From Candidatus Oxydemutatoraceae bacterium (GTDB lineage: Bacteria > Pseudomonadota > Gammaproteobacteria > Poriferisulfidales > Oxydemutatoraceae): a stretch of DNA of 64,000 bases. The stretch spans positions 908,769-972,768 of the forward strand of contig OZ244779.1 of NCBI GenBank assembly GCA_965219575.1, read 5' to 3'. The position numbers were made by a program, and so were the translations under genes. Shown in pieces: positions 29,701-39,700 of this stretch. The notes under the pieces were generated by a model. That model worked only from the letters and a program-made list of their open reading frames with translations, ran no database searches and was not told the DNA's origin. Every line of letters starts with the position of its first letter. The first letter of the stretch is position 1.

Positions 29701-32700
29701 GTCACCGTCGACCCTGCCGTGGTTTGGCTGACATCGGCATCGGTTGCCGTGAATGTCCATGTGCCGTTAGCTGTGCTGAAGCCGTCTATCAAACCACTCG
29801 GCGGTGCTATTGCGATACCGTATGTCAATGTATCATCGTCGGCATCGCTAAAAAACTCGCTGATATCTCGCTCAAACGGCACGCCGACCGTTGCGATGAT
29901 AGCTCGGGTCGGCACCCGAGCACTGCGTGTCGGCGGAGTATTGACAACCACTTCCAAAGTGCCACTACTGCTTAAATTTACGCTGTCGGTTGCGGTGAAA
30001 GTAATCGTTGCTACACCACCCTGCAGAGCGTTTAGCGTAAAGGTTCTAACCGTATTATCTGCGATGTCGGTAATCGTCAACGGTGTCACCGACACAATGG
30101 TTCGGCTTGACGACATTGCCGTCAATGTGACTCGATCACCACCACCATAATTACTATCCGCTACCGAAACCATGATATCGGGCATAGTACCGAGCGGTAA
30201 TAATTGCGCTGTTGAGGGTGCCAGTGTAATCGTCGGTGTGGTGTTTTCTCCAAATGGCACTGCCCGCTGACCGGGCAATAAGCTACCACAACGCGGCAAC
30301 GGTGTTGCCGCATCGGTATCGCAGGCATCGACACCGGCAACCTCGTTATACAGCAGTGCCGGATATTGCTCGGTGGTGCCGAAATCCCAATCGGCAGTAC
30401 TCCAACCGGCATAGACGCCGGTTGCAGAATTGTCATTCGTCGGCATTTGCAAATCAACGGTCGTCTGAGCGGTGCCACCTCCCGGAGAAGCCGTTCGCTC
30501 ACTCGTATTGGTATCCCAGTAGCTCGCGGTTACCGGTGGGTTGGATACATGTCTATTGCCGATTAGACCGCCGATGTTATTATCACTTGAATCGGCTGTC
30601 ACTCTGACGGTTGAATAGGTGTTTGTAACGCTCGGATTAGTGCCCGTCCATAATACGGCGAGCAGACCTCCCACACTTCGGCGATTATTAGCATCATTAG
30701 CAGTGATATGCGCAGAACCCATCGCATAACTATTGCTGATAATCCCTTGATTCTCAGCCGCCAAGCCGCCAGCTTCCCTGAATCCGCTCGCCATGACCTC
30801 GGCATAGCTATTGATAATTCTGCCAAAGTTTATGCCACAGATACCGGCTGCCCAACGAAAACCTAACACAGTGCCATGCACATAACTGTTGATGATTAAC
30901 CCGGAATTTAAGCCGACTAAAAGACCGGTAATGTTTTCTCCTCCCTCAACACGGCTCTCAATCACATGAACATTGATTAGATTACCCTCGTTGCGACCGA
31001 CCAGCCCACCGACCCTAGTATTGCCCTCTACTTCTATTTCTCGCAAACCGAGATTGCGAATGGTACCGGTATTGCCGGCAAACATACCGATCTCGTTAGT
31101 GCCGTCTCTATTGATTTGCAGATTGGAAATGCTATAGCCGTTCCCTTCAAAAACACCGGCAAAACAATCACTACTCGTATCGCTACAATTATTGTTGGCA
31201 ACAGAACCGATAGGATTCCAACCGGTACTGGTACTGTTATTGGTATCAAAGTTATCCACCATCCACATCGCACTACGCGTTGTGATATTGACATAGCTCG
31301 GGATGCTTGCAAAATCCAAGTCTCTACGCAACTCATAACCCATACAGGTCTCGCTACCGCCGACCAACCGGCAACCTCGGGTGATATCGGTTGACCCGTA
31401 GCCACTGCCGTCGGTTTGATGACGCACCGCATCCAAATCTTCCAAGTAGTAGATATCTATCAAACCGTCGTCGTCATCGTCTATATCGGTTCTATTTCTA
31501 TACGGACCTAATAGACTATTAAAATCGTTGCCTTGCGCATCGGTAGACATCACCTGCACACGATACAGGGTGCCACCGTTGTCTTGTGTCGGGATGCTAA
31601 ACATCGCCGATGTCTGACCGCCTATCGTCGTCCACTCGGTATCCCCGGCATTGCGCCGTTGCCAAGTATAACTATCGATCGTGCCGTCGCCGTCGGCATC
31701 GCTTTCAGGCACGATATCAATGCTTATCGACGATACGGTCACCGTCTCGGTAAAGCTCGGTACACCGTTGTCGACTTTGACGACGGTCACCGTTCGGGCC
31801 GCACTACTACTTGTCAAACCATCTCCGACGGTCAGTGTGATTTTCACATCCCGACCAGTGGCATCACGAGACACAAAATCGATAGGCACACTGAAACTTA
31901 AAGTAGCAGCGGTTCGGTCTTGCTCGGCTAGACCGTCTAGAAAAGCCACCGGGTCCGAAGTCCATCGATACCTATAAACTGCGCGTGCCCCTCCCATAAC
32001 CGTTGCACTTAGACTAATGGTATCCCCTTCGGATACCCTATCGGGCGCGATTATCTCTTCTACTACGACCCGATTTACAGTGTTAGTAACGGTGATGCTA
32101 TAAGTAACCGAACTCATATCGTCGGAGTCGGTCCCGACAACAATTTCTAGAGTGGACTCGCCCCCTGGAAGCGGGATCGACGAGCTACGCCCGCCACTGC
32201 GCTTGCCCATAAAATAGTCGGTGGCTACTTGATCTCCTACTCTGCGGATTGCAATAGACTCGCCCTGCGGATTGATGCTATACGGCAATAACTCGATCGT
32301 GTTTGCATTCTCTACATTGACCGTATAGTTTAAGACCGAAAGAGAAAAAGGTGGATTGAGTGCCACCGCATCATCGCCGACAAAAAAGAGTAGGTTGCTC
32401 AATCCGCTCTGTGCTTGAGCCAGCAACACACTGCCGCACGGCGGTAGTGCAGTATCGAGGTCGTCATCGCACACCGGTGCTATAGCAATGTCGGTCGGCG
32501 AGGTATATCTTAGTATCGGATAGTTTGTCCGAGTACCGAAATCCCAATCGGAACCATCCCACTCCTTATAGATGTCTCTTGCAGACTCCGGCCTTTGCAA
32601 TTCAGCGGTCGTCATCGCCATAGAATCGGTAGTAATAGCACTATTCACCGTGCTATCCCAATAGCTGAACTCAACCGTGCCGGTTGCCCCCACGGCAAAC

Positions 32701-35700
32701 AAACCACCTGCCGTGCCACCACCGGCCGAGATAAGTCCGCGCACATAACTATTCCTTATCAAGCCGGCGTTATCGGCGACTAAACCGCCGGCACGGGTGC
32801 GGGTGCCGTCATCGCCACAGCTCCCCGACCTGCTCACCGCACCCTGCGCATAGCTATTGACGATTTCACCTTCGCTACCGTTCTCGGCAACCAAGCCACC
32901 TACATCGCAAGCACCGCCGACACCACCTGCCGCATAGCTGTTTCTTATCGTGCCGGCGTTGTTGCCGACCAAACCACCCGATAGCACGGCGGTAGAGGTC
33001 GTCATCACATTCGCATAGCTGTTGATAATCACGCCGGTCGCATCATTAAACGCAACCAAGCCCCCGACGCGGTGTTGTACTCCTCCAACTTCCCCTTGCG
33101 CATAGCTATTGGCAATAACGCCTTCGTTCTGCCCAACCAAGCTACCTACGGAACCGCGACCGCCGATTGCAACATCCAATATGCCGACATTCTCCAGCCT
33201 CGCCTCCGACGACAGTGCCGCAAACAATCCGATAGACGCATCATCCACCGTATCTCTATTGATCTGCAAATTAGAAATGTGGTTATTGTTACCGTTGAAT
33301 AGACTCGTGAACGGAGCATCGACGGTCGCTATAGGCAACCAACCGGTATCGGTATCAACCGCAGGATCATCCACCGTCCAGTCGTCTCTATTGGACATCA
33401 CATCCACATAGCTTCGGGTGGTCGTGAAATCCAGATCTCTCAACAACTCGTAGCCGGCGCATGTGTCGGCAGGACAACCCGAAGTGATTGTGCTGTCTAC
33501 GGCTGCCAAACCATAACCGCTACCGTCCGGTTGGTTGCGGATCGCATCCAAGTCCTCCAGATAATAAACATCTATCAAGCCGTCGCCGTCGCCGTCCACA
33601 TTGATAGGAAACGGACCTATCCGATAGGTATTGCCGTATCCCTGCCCATCGGTATGACTGACGATGACACGATAGCGGACTGTACCCGTAGAAGTGCCCG
33701 ACACCGTATAGGGATTAGCAACCGAAATACCGCTCCAATCACTATCGCCCTCGTCCCGTAGTTGCCATTGATAGCCGAATGTTCCGACACCGTCCGGGTC
33801 GTCGGCAGCGGAAGTGATACGCAGTGCGGTCGGGCTGACATTGAGTTCTAGTTGTGGTGCACCATTGTTTTCTTTGCTAACGGTCAGTGTAAGTGCCGTG
33901 GAGACTATGTTAAAGCCATCGTCAGCCGTTATCGTATAGACGATACTTTGCGTTGTCCGGTCGGCTGCCACAAAGACATCGGGTACGGTGACGGCGATAA
34001 GCGTAAGTGCTGTGGAGGCTATGTTGGAGCCATCGTCATCCGTTATCGTCTGGACGATATTTTGCGTTGTCCGGTCGGCTGCCACAAAGGCATCGGCTAC
34101 GGTGACGGTGATCGTCCCGGTCGTGTTTTGTCCTTGCACAAGCACCATATTTTGTTGTTGTAGCGAGTATTGATAGTTCCCGCTACCGTTGCGAAACACC
34201 GCTTGAAGCGTAATATCGTCGCCTTCGTTGACGGTGGCAATAGGAGGTATTATGCCGAAGGAGACAACCTCAACCGGAAGCTGTGGTTCTCTAATCAGAT
34301 TAAAATTATATGTCAGTCCATCTACTCTAAGCCGCAACACCTCCGCCGTGTCTGCTTCTAAGATGATGGGGGTGCTTAAATCACCGTTATGCCTGCCGTT
34401 AAAATAGTTAGTGTCCTGATCCGATGCGCTAAAGACCGAAATCGTCGCAGTGTCGTTGATAGCGTAGGGTCTTAGTGCAATCTCAGGGCGGCGACCGGGG
34501 ATTTTTATATCGTAGTCGAACACCACCGGTGAAAAAGGCTGATCTCGGAATATTCTGGCATTATCTTGCTGTACACCGTCTATTACAAAAAACAGAATAC
34601 TCAAACCCCGATCGCGGATAGTCTGACCGGATAACACCGCACCGCAAGGCGGCAGTGATGTGTCGGGATCTACATCGCAGGCAGGGTTGTTGTTGTCGTC
34701 GCCTCTGGCATAGCGCAATGCCGGATAACTCTCTTCATCGCCGAAATCCCAATCGCCGCGACTCCAATTCGCATAAATACCGGTGGCACCGGTCGGCATT
34801 TGCAGCTGTGCGGTAGTCCGACCGATGCCACCGATGCTTGTCGTTCTTCCACTCATCTCGGTGTCCCAGTAGCTATCACGCACCGGTGCACTATTAATAT
34901 TACTACCGATTAAACCACCTCCATTAATATTTCTGACCTCGGCGATCGAATAACCGTTGCTGACTCTTACGCGTGTATCATCAATGGCACCAATAAGGCC
35001 TCCCACTTTAATTAAACCGGAATTACCAAAAACAATACCTGCTACATAACTGTTAATAATAAAACCTGTCATCTCAATTTCCCCTACTAGACCACCTACA
35101 TTGCTTCTGCTTCCTGAAACATCGATATTCGCATAGCTATTGATAATTCTGCCTACGTTGTAGCCGGTGATGCCGCCAACAGTAAAGCTGCCTAATACAG
35201 TACCATGCGCATAACTGTTGATAATTAACCCGCTACTTCTGTTGATACCGGCTAAAAGACTTATAGTATTATCCGCGCCTGTAACCCTACCTCCGTCTAC
35301 ATAGACATTCATGAGCCTACCTTGATTCTGACCCACTAGACCACCAACCCTAGTAAAACCTTCTACTCTTATTTCCGACAGCCCGAAATTACGAATGGTG
35401 CCTTGATTGCCGACAAACAAGCCTAGATCTATAGCACTATCTCTATTGATATGCAAATTGGAAATGTTATATCCGTTGCCTTCAAAAATACCGGTAAAAC
35501 AACGACTAACCTGATGCGTGCAGTTAGCGAAAACGTAACCTATAGGCGACCAACCCGGTTTCGTAGTACCGGTAAAATCATCGTTGCTAAGCACCCAATC
35601 GTCGTTGACTACACCCGATACATAACTTTGCGTCGTCGTAAAGTCTAAATCCCCGACCAATTCATAACCGTTGCAACCGTCCGTAGGACAACCGGCACTC

Positions 35701-35942
35701 AGTGTTACATTCCCGCGCCGTAGACCGGTGCCGTTAAGACTATGTCGTATCGCATCCACATCTTCCAAATAGCACAGCTCTATCAAACCGTCGTCATCGT
35801 CGTCTATGTCTACGAGGGTGCCGGGATCGTTATCAATTTCGGCAGCACAATTATCGATACTTTCATTTTGTGCAAATACCGGTTGCGCAATAAACAAACC
35901 TAAAAAGAGTAGAAAACCGTATTTACTAAACCCTATATCCAT
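26763..35942 (-). CDS. Giant exported protein paralog 2 (~3,059 aa): signal peptide, three GLUG-type modules, cadherin-like and dystroglycan-type cadherin-like domains, C-terminal VFLEGPLQ tag
   Basis: ORF track 3070 aa; start moved to the ATG at 35942 (MDIGFSKYGFLLFLGLFIAQPVFA) by homology to genes 1 and 3. Contains recurrent VGGLVG.N.G.I.NSYA (GLUG-like) motifs, DxDDDGLIxxYYLEDLDA acidic loops, LNPPFSLSVLNYTVNV and FFSDADDD.LTY...VSADDGRGG. Confidence 0.92.
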   Translation of the reverse strand: MDIGFSKYGFLLFLGLFIAQPVFAQNESIDNCAAEIDNDPGTLVDIDDDDDGLIELCYLEDVDAIRHSLNGTGLRRGNVTLSAGCPTDGCNGYELVGDLDFTTTQSYVSGVVNDDWVLSNDDFTGTTKPGWSPIGYVFANCTHQVSRCFTGIFEGNGYNISNLHINRDSAIDLGLFVGNQGTIRNFGLSEIRVEGFTRVGGLVGQNQGRLMNVYVDGGRVTGADNTISLLAGINRSSGLIINSYAHGTVLGSFTVGGITGYNVGRIINSYANIDVSGSRSNVGGLVGEIEMTGFIINSYVAGIVFGNSGLIKVGGLIGAIDDTRVRVSNGYSIAEVRNINGGGLIGSNINSAPVRDSYWDTEMSGRTTSIGGIGRTTAQLQMPTGATGIYANWSRGDWDFGDEESYPALRYARGDDNNNPACDVDPDTSLPPCGAVLSGQTIRDRGLSILFFVIDGVQQDNARIFRDQPFSPVVFDYDIKIPGRRPEIALRPYAINDTATISVFSASDQDTNYFNGRHNGDLSTPIILEADTAEVLRLRVDGLTYNFNLIREPQLPVEVVSFGIIPPIATVNEGDDITLQAVFRNGSGNYQYSLQQQNMVLVQGQNTTGTITVTVADAFVAADRTTQNIVQTITDDDGSNIASTALTLIAVTVPDVFVAADRTTQSIVYTITADDGFNIVSTALTLTVSKENNGAPQLELNVSPTALRITSAADDPDGVGTFGYQWQLRDEGDSDWSGISVANPYTVSGTSTGTVRYRVIVSHTDGQGYGNTYRIGPFPINVDGDGDGLIDVYYLEDLDAIRNQPDGSGYGLAAVDSTITSGCPADTCAGYELLRDLDFTTTRSYVDVMSNRDDWTVDDPAVDTDTGWLPIATVDAPFTSLFNGNNNHISNLQINRDTVDDASIGLFAALSSEARLENVGILDVAIGGRGSVGSLVGQNEGVIANSYAQGEVGGVQHRVGGLVAFNDATGVIINSYANVMTTSTAVLSGGLVGNNAGTIRNSYAAGGVGGACDVGGLVAENGSEGEIVNSYAQGAVSRSGSCGDDGTRTRAGGLVADNAGLIRNSYVRGLISAGGGTAGGLFAVGATGTVEFSYWDSTVNSAITTDSMAMTTAELQRPESARDIYKEWDGSDWDFGTRTNYPILRYTSPTDIAIAPVCDDDLDTALPPCGSVLLAQAQSGLSNLLFFVGDDAVALNPPFSLSVLNYTVNVENANTIELLPYSINPQGESIAIRRVGDQVATDYFMGKRSGGRSSSIPLPGGESTLEIVVGTDSDDMSSVTYSITVTNTVNRVVVEEIIAPDRVSEGDTISLSATVMGGARAVYRYRWTSDPVAFLDGLAEQDRTAATLSFSVPIDFVSRDATGRDVKITLTVGDGLTSSSAARTVTVVKVDNGVPSFTETVTVSSISIDIVPESDADGDGTIDSYTWQRRNAGDTEWTTIGGQTSAMFSIPTQDNGGTLYRVQVMSTDAQGNDFNSLLGPYRNRTDIDDDDDGLIDIYYLEDLDAVRHQTDGSGYGSTDITRGCRLVGGSETCMGYELRRDLDFASIPSYVNITTRSAMWMVDNFDTNNSTSTGWNPIGSVANNNCSDTSSDCFAGVFEGNGYSISNLQINRDGTNEIGMFAGNTGTIRNLGLREIEVEGNTRVGGLVGRNEGNLINVHVIESRVEGGENITGLLVGLNSGLIINSYVHGTVLGFRWAAGICGINFGRIINSYAEVMASGFREAGGLAAENQGIISNSYAMGSAHITANDANNRRSVGGLLAVLWTGTNPSVTNTYSTVRVTADSSDNNIGGLIGNRHVSNPPVTASYWDTNTSERTASPGGGTAQTTVDLQMPTNDNSATGVYAGWSTADWDFGTTEQYPALLYNEVAGVDACDTDAATPLPRCGSLLPGQRAVPFGENTTPTITLAPSTAQLLPLGTMPDIMVSVADSNYGGGDRVTLTAMSSSRTIVSVTPLTITDIADNTVRTFTLNALQGGVATITFTATDSVNLSSSGTLEVVVNTPPTRSARVPTRAIIATVGVPFERDISEFFSDADDDTLTYGIAIAPPSGLIDGFSTANGTWTFTATDADVSQTTAGSTVTVSADDGRGGRVQASFTLLIDAPLTGAVHIAPVSDDRWRLRTISTLADANGIATTSYRWFINDTLIDGATENDYRIPDDRPSRTAGTRYRLEATVVDNIGQSVTTRSNVYMVANIAPMITLVNVAPSPVSEGGTVSMTAEASDENFDSLSYRWRVSSINADEADVSGATAPLTIRDYFVTDATADTATASFMVVVSDGTTATTGMFSVMVNKEDNGVVSVNDLVRSPTTETRLIFTGIDETGETDGGARGDVTYHWQQCLGSRGDHCSIDAGDGSGWQDIAGQTGTLGDSDIFYEVPDMLSSPQNHRVRAGDRFRVRIAYTDLQAYTRTVYSPNLGARLGQNTTPTIRVDDSQDTDITLLERGRITVDVSVDDEDGGTLNVEVVSADDTIASATISGDGADRTLEISGESPGEAMITATVDDGTGEVNSTASLVFDVTVVENTAPAISVAPSSAQTLPINGMTDIVVSVADGNFNLDDVVTLTAVSSTPSVVSVLPQRIADITTDTSRTFMLNARQSGVATITFTATDSVNLSSSGILVVTVNTPPRLGDRVPTQAIVATVDVPFELQTADFFSDADDDVLTYNIAIVPPSNLTDGFSTTNGTWTFTATDTDASRNMTGSIVTVSADDGRGGSVQTGFTLLIDAPLTGAVRIEADSDDRWRLRTISTIADANGIATTSSRWFINDTSIDGATENEYRIPDNRASRAAGTSYRVEVMVIDNIERETTRSSVYTVPNIAPMITLVNVAPSPTTEGGTVLMTAEASDENFDSLSYSWLVSGINANARDMSGDTASLTIRDYFVTDATADTATASFVVVVSDGTTATIGMFSVVANKEDNGVVSVNDLVRSPTTETRLICTGIDETSETDGGVRGAVTYYWQQCLGSLGNNCSIDAGDGSGWQDIAGQTGILGDSEIFYDVPNTLSVPPNHRVRSGDRFRVRIAYTDLQAYTRNVYSSDLAVQVETSEVIRIRAKVFLEGPLQ
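26850..30240 (-). repeat. Two-copy internal duplication (~1.5-kb block, period ~1863 bp) in the C-terminal half of gene 2
   Basis: cctcgtataggcttgca occurs at ~26856 and ~28719. The protein repeats ...RWRLRTIST...WQQCLGS...RFRVRIAYTDLQAYTR twice. Confidence 0.9.
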
Positions 35943-36060
35943 TACATTCTCGCAAAAGGAAAAATGCAACCGCAAACAATCTTGTTACGTTGCTAGGGGG
36001 GAAAGAGGGGGATTGTGTATAGGCCCGATAGTTCGGACGAATTTATAGTTATATTTTCCG

Positions 36061-36088
36061 ATTATATACAATTCGTCTATTTATGCAA
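36061..36088 (-). promoter_or_regulatory. Sigma70-type promoter of giant gene 2 (TTGCAT-N16-TATAAT)
   Basis: Reverse complement reads TTGCAT aaatagacgaattgta TATAAT within a ~190-bp upstream region homologous to that of gene 1. Confidence 0.65.
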
Positions 36089-36125
36089 TAGCTTGTACGG
36101 CTGTGTAAGCACAAAGTAGTAATGG

Positions 36126-36710
36126 GGAGCTGTTGAAAAAGTATCGTCAGCGTGCAACCGTAACCGCTTGCGCCGTGAATTTATAATAACCACAAAGCCG
36201 TAGGGGCAGTATAAAGCCGCCGATTGAGCCGGTAGGTCAATCGGCAATTTTGATGTCTGCCCTTAAGTACCGTTCTGCACGACACCAACCGCTTGCGCCA
36301 TTTGTTTTTGGTTTCCATAAATTGGATGAATGAATAAATAGTGCAGATACGACCGGGCTGTTGAAAAAGTGCGGCATCGTACGAATCCAATCACTTGCGC
36401 CATTTTGTTTTGGTTTCCATAAATTGGATGGATGAATGTATAAATCGTGTAGGCACAACGCGTTACGGGCGGACATGTTAGTCCGCCCCTACAGGTGGGT
36501 TGGATAATTATGCGGCGCAAGCGGTTACGGTTTTGCAGAACAGTATTTTTTCAACAGTCCCACGACACAACCACCCCGTCAGGCTACGCCTGCCACCCCT
36601 CCAAAGGAGGGGAATGTACCGTCCCTAAAGTTTGTGGATACTTTTTCAACAGCCCCATGGGGGGCTGTCGAAAATAGAACCGCCGATTGAGCCGGTAGGT
36701 CAATCGGCCA
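36126..36710. mobile_element. Composite non-autonomous element cluster (nested MITE-like ends plus REP-like hairpins)
   Basis: Left ends ctgttgaaaaagt at ~36130 and ~36358; right ends tttttcaacag ending ~36557 and ~36652. GTAG-type REP at 36467-36492, cccctccaaaggagggg hairpin at ~36596-36612, and gccgattga/tcaatcggc hairpins at 36219-36245 and 36682-36708. 36130-36320 is an inverted near-copy of 58865-59057. Confidence 0.75.
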
Positions 36711-36713
36711 TTT

Positions 36714-39700
36714 TTATTGGAGGGGACCCTCTAAAAATACTTTGGCGCGTATCCTGACGACTGAAGTCCCCGGTGTCGTTCGCTGATCGATTAGTAAGCT
36801 ACCACAGCGGGGCAACGGTGTTGCCGCATCGGCATCGCAGGCATCGACACCGTCAACCTCGTTATACAGCAGTGCCGGATATTGCTCGGTGGTGCCGAAA
36901 TCCCAATCGGCGAGATCCCAGTCGGCATAGATGCCGGTTGCAGCATCGGCATTCGTCGGCGTTTGCAATCCAACGGTCGTTTGAGAGGTGCCACCTCCCG
37001 GAGAAGTCGTTCGCTCACTCGTATCGGTATCCCAGTAGCTAGCGGTTACCGGTGGGTTAGATGAGTGTCTACTGCCGATTAGACCACCGATGTTATTATC
37101 ACTTGAATCGGCTGTCACTCTGACGGTCGAATAGGTGTTTGTAACGCTCGGATTAGTGCCCGTCCATAATACAGCGAGCAGACCTCCGACGCTTCGGCGA
37201 TTATCAGTATCGGTAGAAGTGATACGCACAGAACCCATCGCATAACTATTGCGAATAGTTCCTTGATTCTCGGCCGCCAAACCACCGACTTCTCTTACGC
37301 CGCGAGCCATGACCTCGGCATAGCTATTGATAATTCTGCCGGTGTTGATGCCACAGATGCCGGCAACCCAACGAGAACCTACCACAGTGCCACGCACATA
37401 ACTGTTGATGATTAACCCACTCGACCCGTTTACGCCGGCTAAAAGACCGGTATTGTTTCCTCCTTGAACGCGGCTCTCAATCACATGGGCATTGATTAGA
37501 TTACCCTCGTTGCGACCGACCAGCCCACCGGTCCTGACATTACCTTCTACTTCTATTTCTCGCAAACCGAGATTGCGAATGGTGCCGGTATTGCTATTGC
37601 CGGCAAACATGCCGATCTCGTTGGTGTTGTCTCTATTGATTTGCAGATTGGAAATGCTAAAGCCGTTGCCCTCGAAAACACCGGCAAAACAATCACTACT
37701 CGCATCGCTACAATTATTGTTGGCAACAGAACCGATAGGTTGCCAACCGCTATCGCCGGCGGTGGCAAAATTATCCACCGTCCACGCCGCTCTATTCATT
37801 GCTACATTGACATAGCTCGGGGTGCTTGCAAAATCCAAGTCTCTACGCAATTCATAACCCATACAGGTCTCGTTTCCACCGACCAACCGGCAACCTCGGG
37901 TGATATCGGTGGTCCCATAGCCACTGCCGTCGGTTTGATGACGCACCGCATCCAAGTCTTCCAAATAGTAGATATCTATCAAACCGTCGTCGTCATCGTC
38001 TATATCGGTTCTATTTCTATACGGACCTAATAGACTAGTAAAACCGTTCCCTTGCGCATCGGTAGACATCACCTGCACACGATACAAAGTGCCACCGTTG
38101 TCTTGTGTCGGGATGTTAAACATTGCCGAAGTCTGACCGCCTATCGTCGTCCATTCGGTATCATCGGCATTGCGTCGCTGCCAAGTATAACTATCGATCG
38201 TGCCGTCGCCGTCGGCATCGCTTCCCGGCACGATATCAATGCTTATTGCCGATACGGTCACCGTCTCGGTAAAGCTCGGTTGACCGTTGTCGGCTTTAGC
38301 GACGGTCACCGTCCGGGTCGCACTATTATTCGTAAAACCATCTTCGACGGTCAGTGTGATTTTCACATCGCGACCGGTGGCATCACGAGATACAAAATCG
38401 GTAGGCACATTGAAACTTAACATGGCAGCGGCTAGTTCTTGCTCGGCTAGACCGTCTAGAAAAGCCACCGGGTCCGAAGTCCATCGATACCTATAAACTG
38501 CGCGTGCCCCTCCCATAACCGTTGCACTTAGACTAATGGCATCCCCTTCGGATACCCTATCGGGCGCGATTATCTCTTCTACTACGACCTGATCTACAGT
38601 GTTAGTAACGGTGATGCGATAAGTGACCGAACTCATATCGTCGGGGTCGGTCCCGACGACGACTGCTAGAGTGGATGTGCCCCCCGGAAGCGGGATAGGT
38701 AGGCTACGCTCGCCACTGCGCTTGCCCTCAAAATAGTCGGTGGCTGTTTGCTCTCCTACTCTGCCGATTGCAATAGATTCACCTTGCGGATTGATGCCGT
38801 ACGGCAGTAACTCGATCGTGTTTGCACTCTCTACACCGACCGTATAGCCTAAGCCCGACAGAGAAAAAGTTGGATTGAGTGCCACCGCATTACTGCGGAC
38901 AAAAAAGAGTAGGTTGCTCAATCCGCTTTGTGCTTGAGCCAACAATACACTACCACACGGCGGTAGCGCAGTATCAAGGTCGTCATCGCACACCGGTGTT
39001 ATAGCAATGTCGGTCGGTGAGGTATATCTTAACAGCGGGTATTGCATTTCAGTGCCGAAATCCCAATCGGCGGTAAGCCAACCGGCATAGATGCCGGTTG
39101 CAGCATTGTCATTCGTCGGCATTTGCAAATCATCGGTCGTCATTGCCATAGAGTCGGTAGTAATAGCACTATTCACCGTACTATCCCAATAGCTGAACTC
39201 AACCGTGCCGGTTGCCCCCACGGCAACCAAACCACCTGCCGTGCCACCACCTGCCGAGATAAGTCCGCGCACATAACTATTCCTTATCGATCCTGCATTA
39301 ACGGCGACTAAACCGCCGGCACGGTTGCGGGTGCCGTCATCGCTACAGCTTCCCGACCTGCTTAACGCACCCGCAGCATAGCTATTGATGATTTCACTGC
39401 CGCTACCGTTCTCGGCAACCAAGCCACCTACATCGCAAGCACCGCCGACATCACCTGCCGCATAGCTGTTTCTTATCTTGCCGTGGTTGGTGCCGACCAA
39501 ACCACCCGATAATAACGCAGCGGCGGACATGACCCTTACATTCGCATAGCTGTTGATAATCACGCCGGTCGCAGTAGAATTGAACGCAACCAAGCCACCG
39601 ACGCTGTGTTGTGCCCCTTCAACTTCCCCTTGCGCATAGCTATTGGCAATAACACCTTCGTTCTGCCCGACCAAGCTACCGACAGTACCGCGACCGCCGA

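Noticed and set aside
35943-35975. ORF-track start for gene 2 (MRLHFSFCENV extension)
   Set aside because: Homology with genes 1 and 3 and the signal peptide begin at the ATG at 35942.
36181-36677. Small ORFs in the intergenic repeats (also 26502-26753, 47719-47979, 58938-59355)
   Set aside because: They lie in non-coding MITE/REP mosaics and show no transposase or other recognisable motifs.
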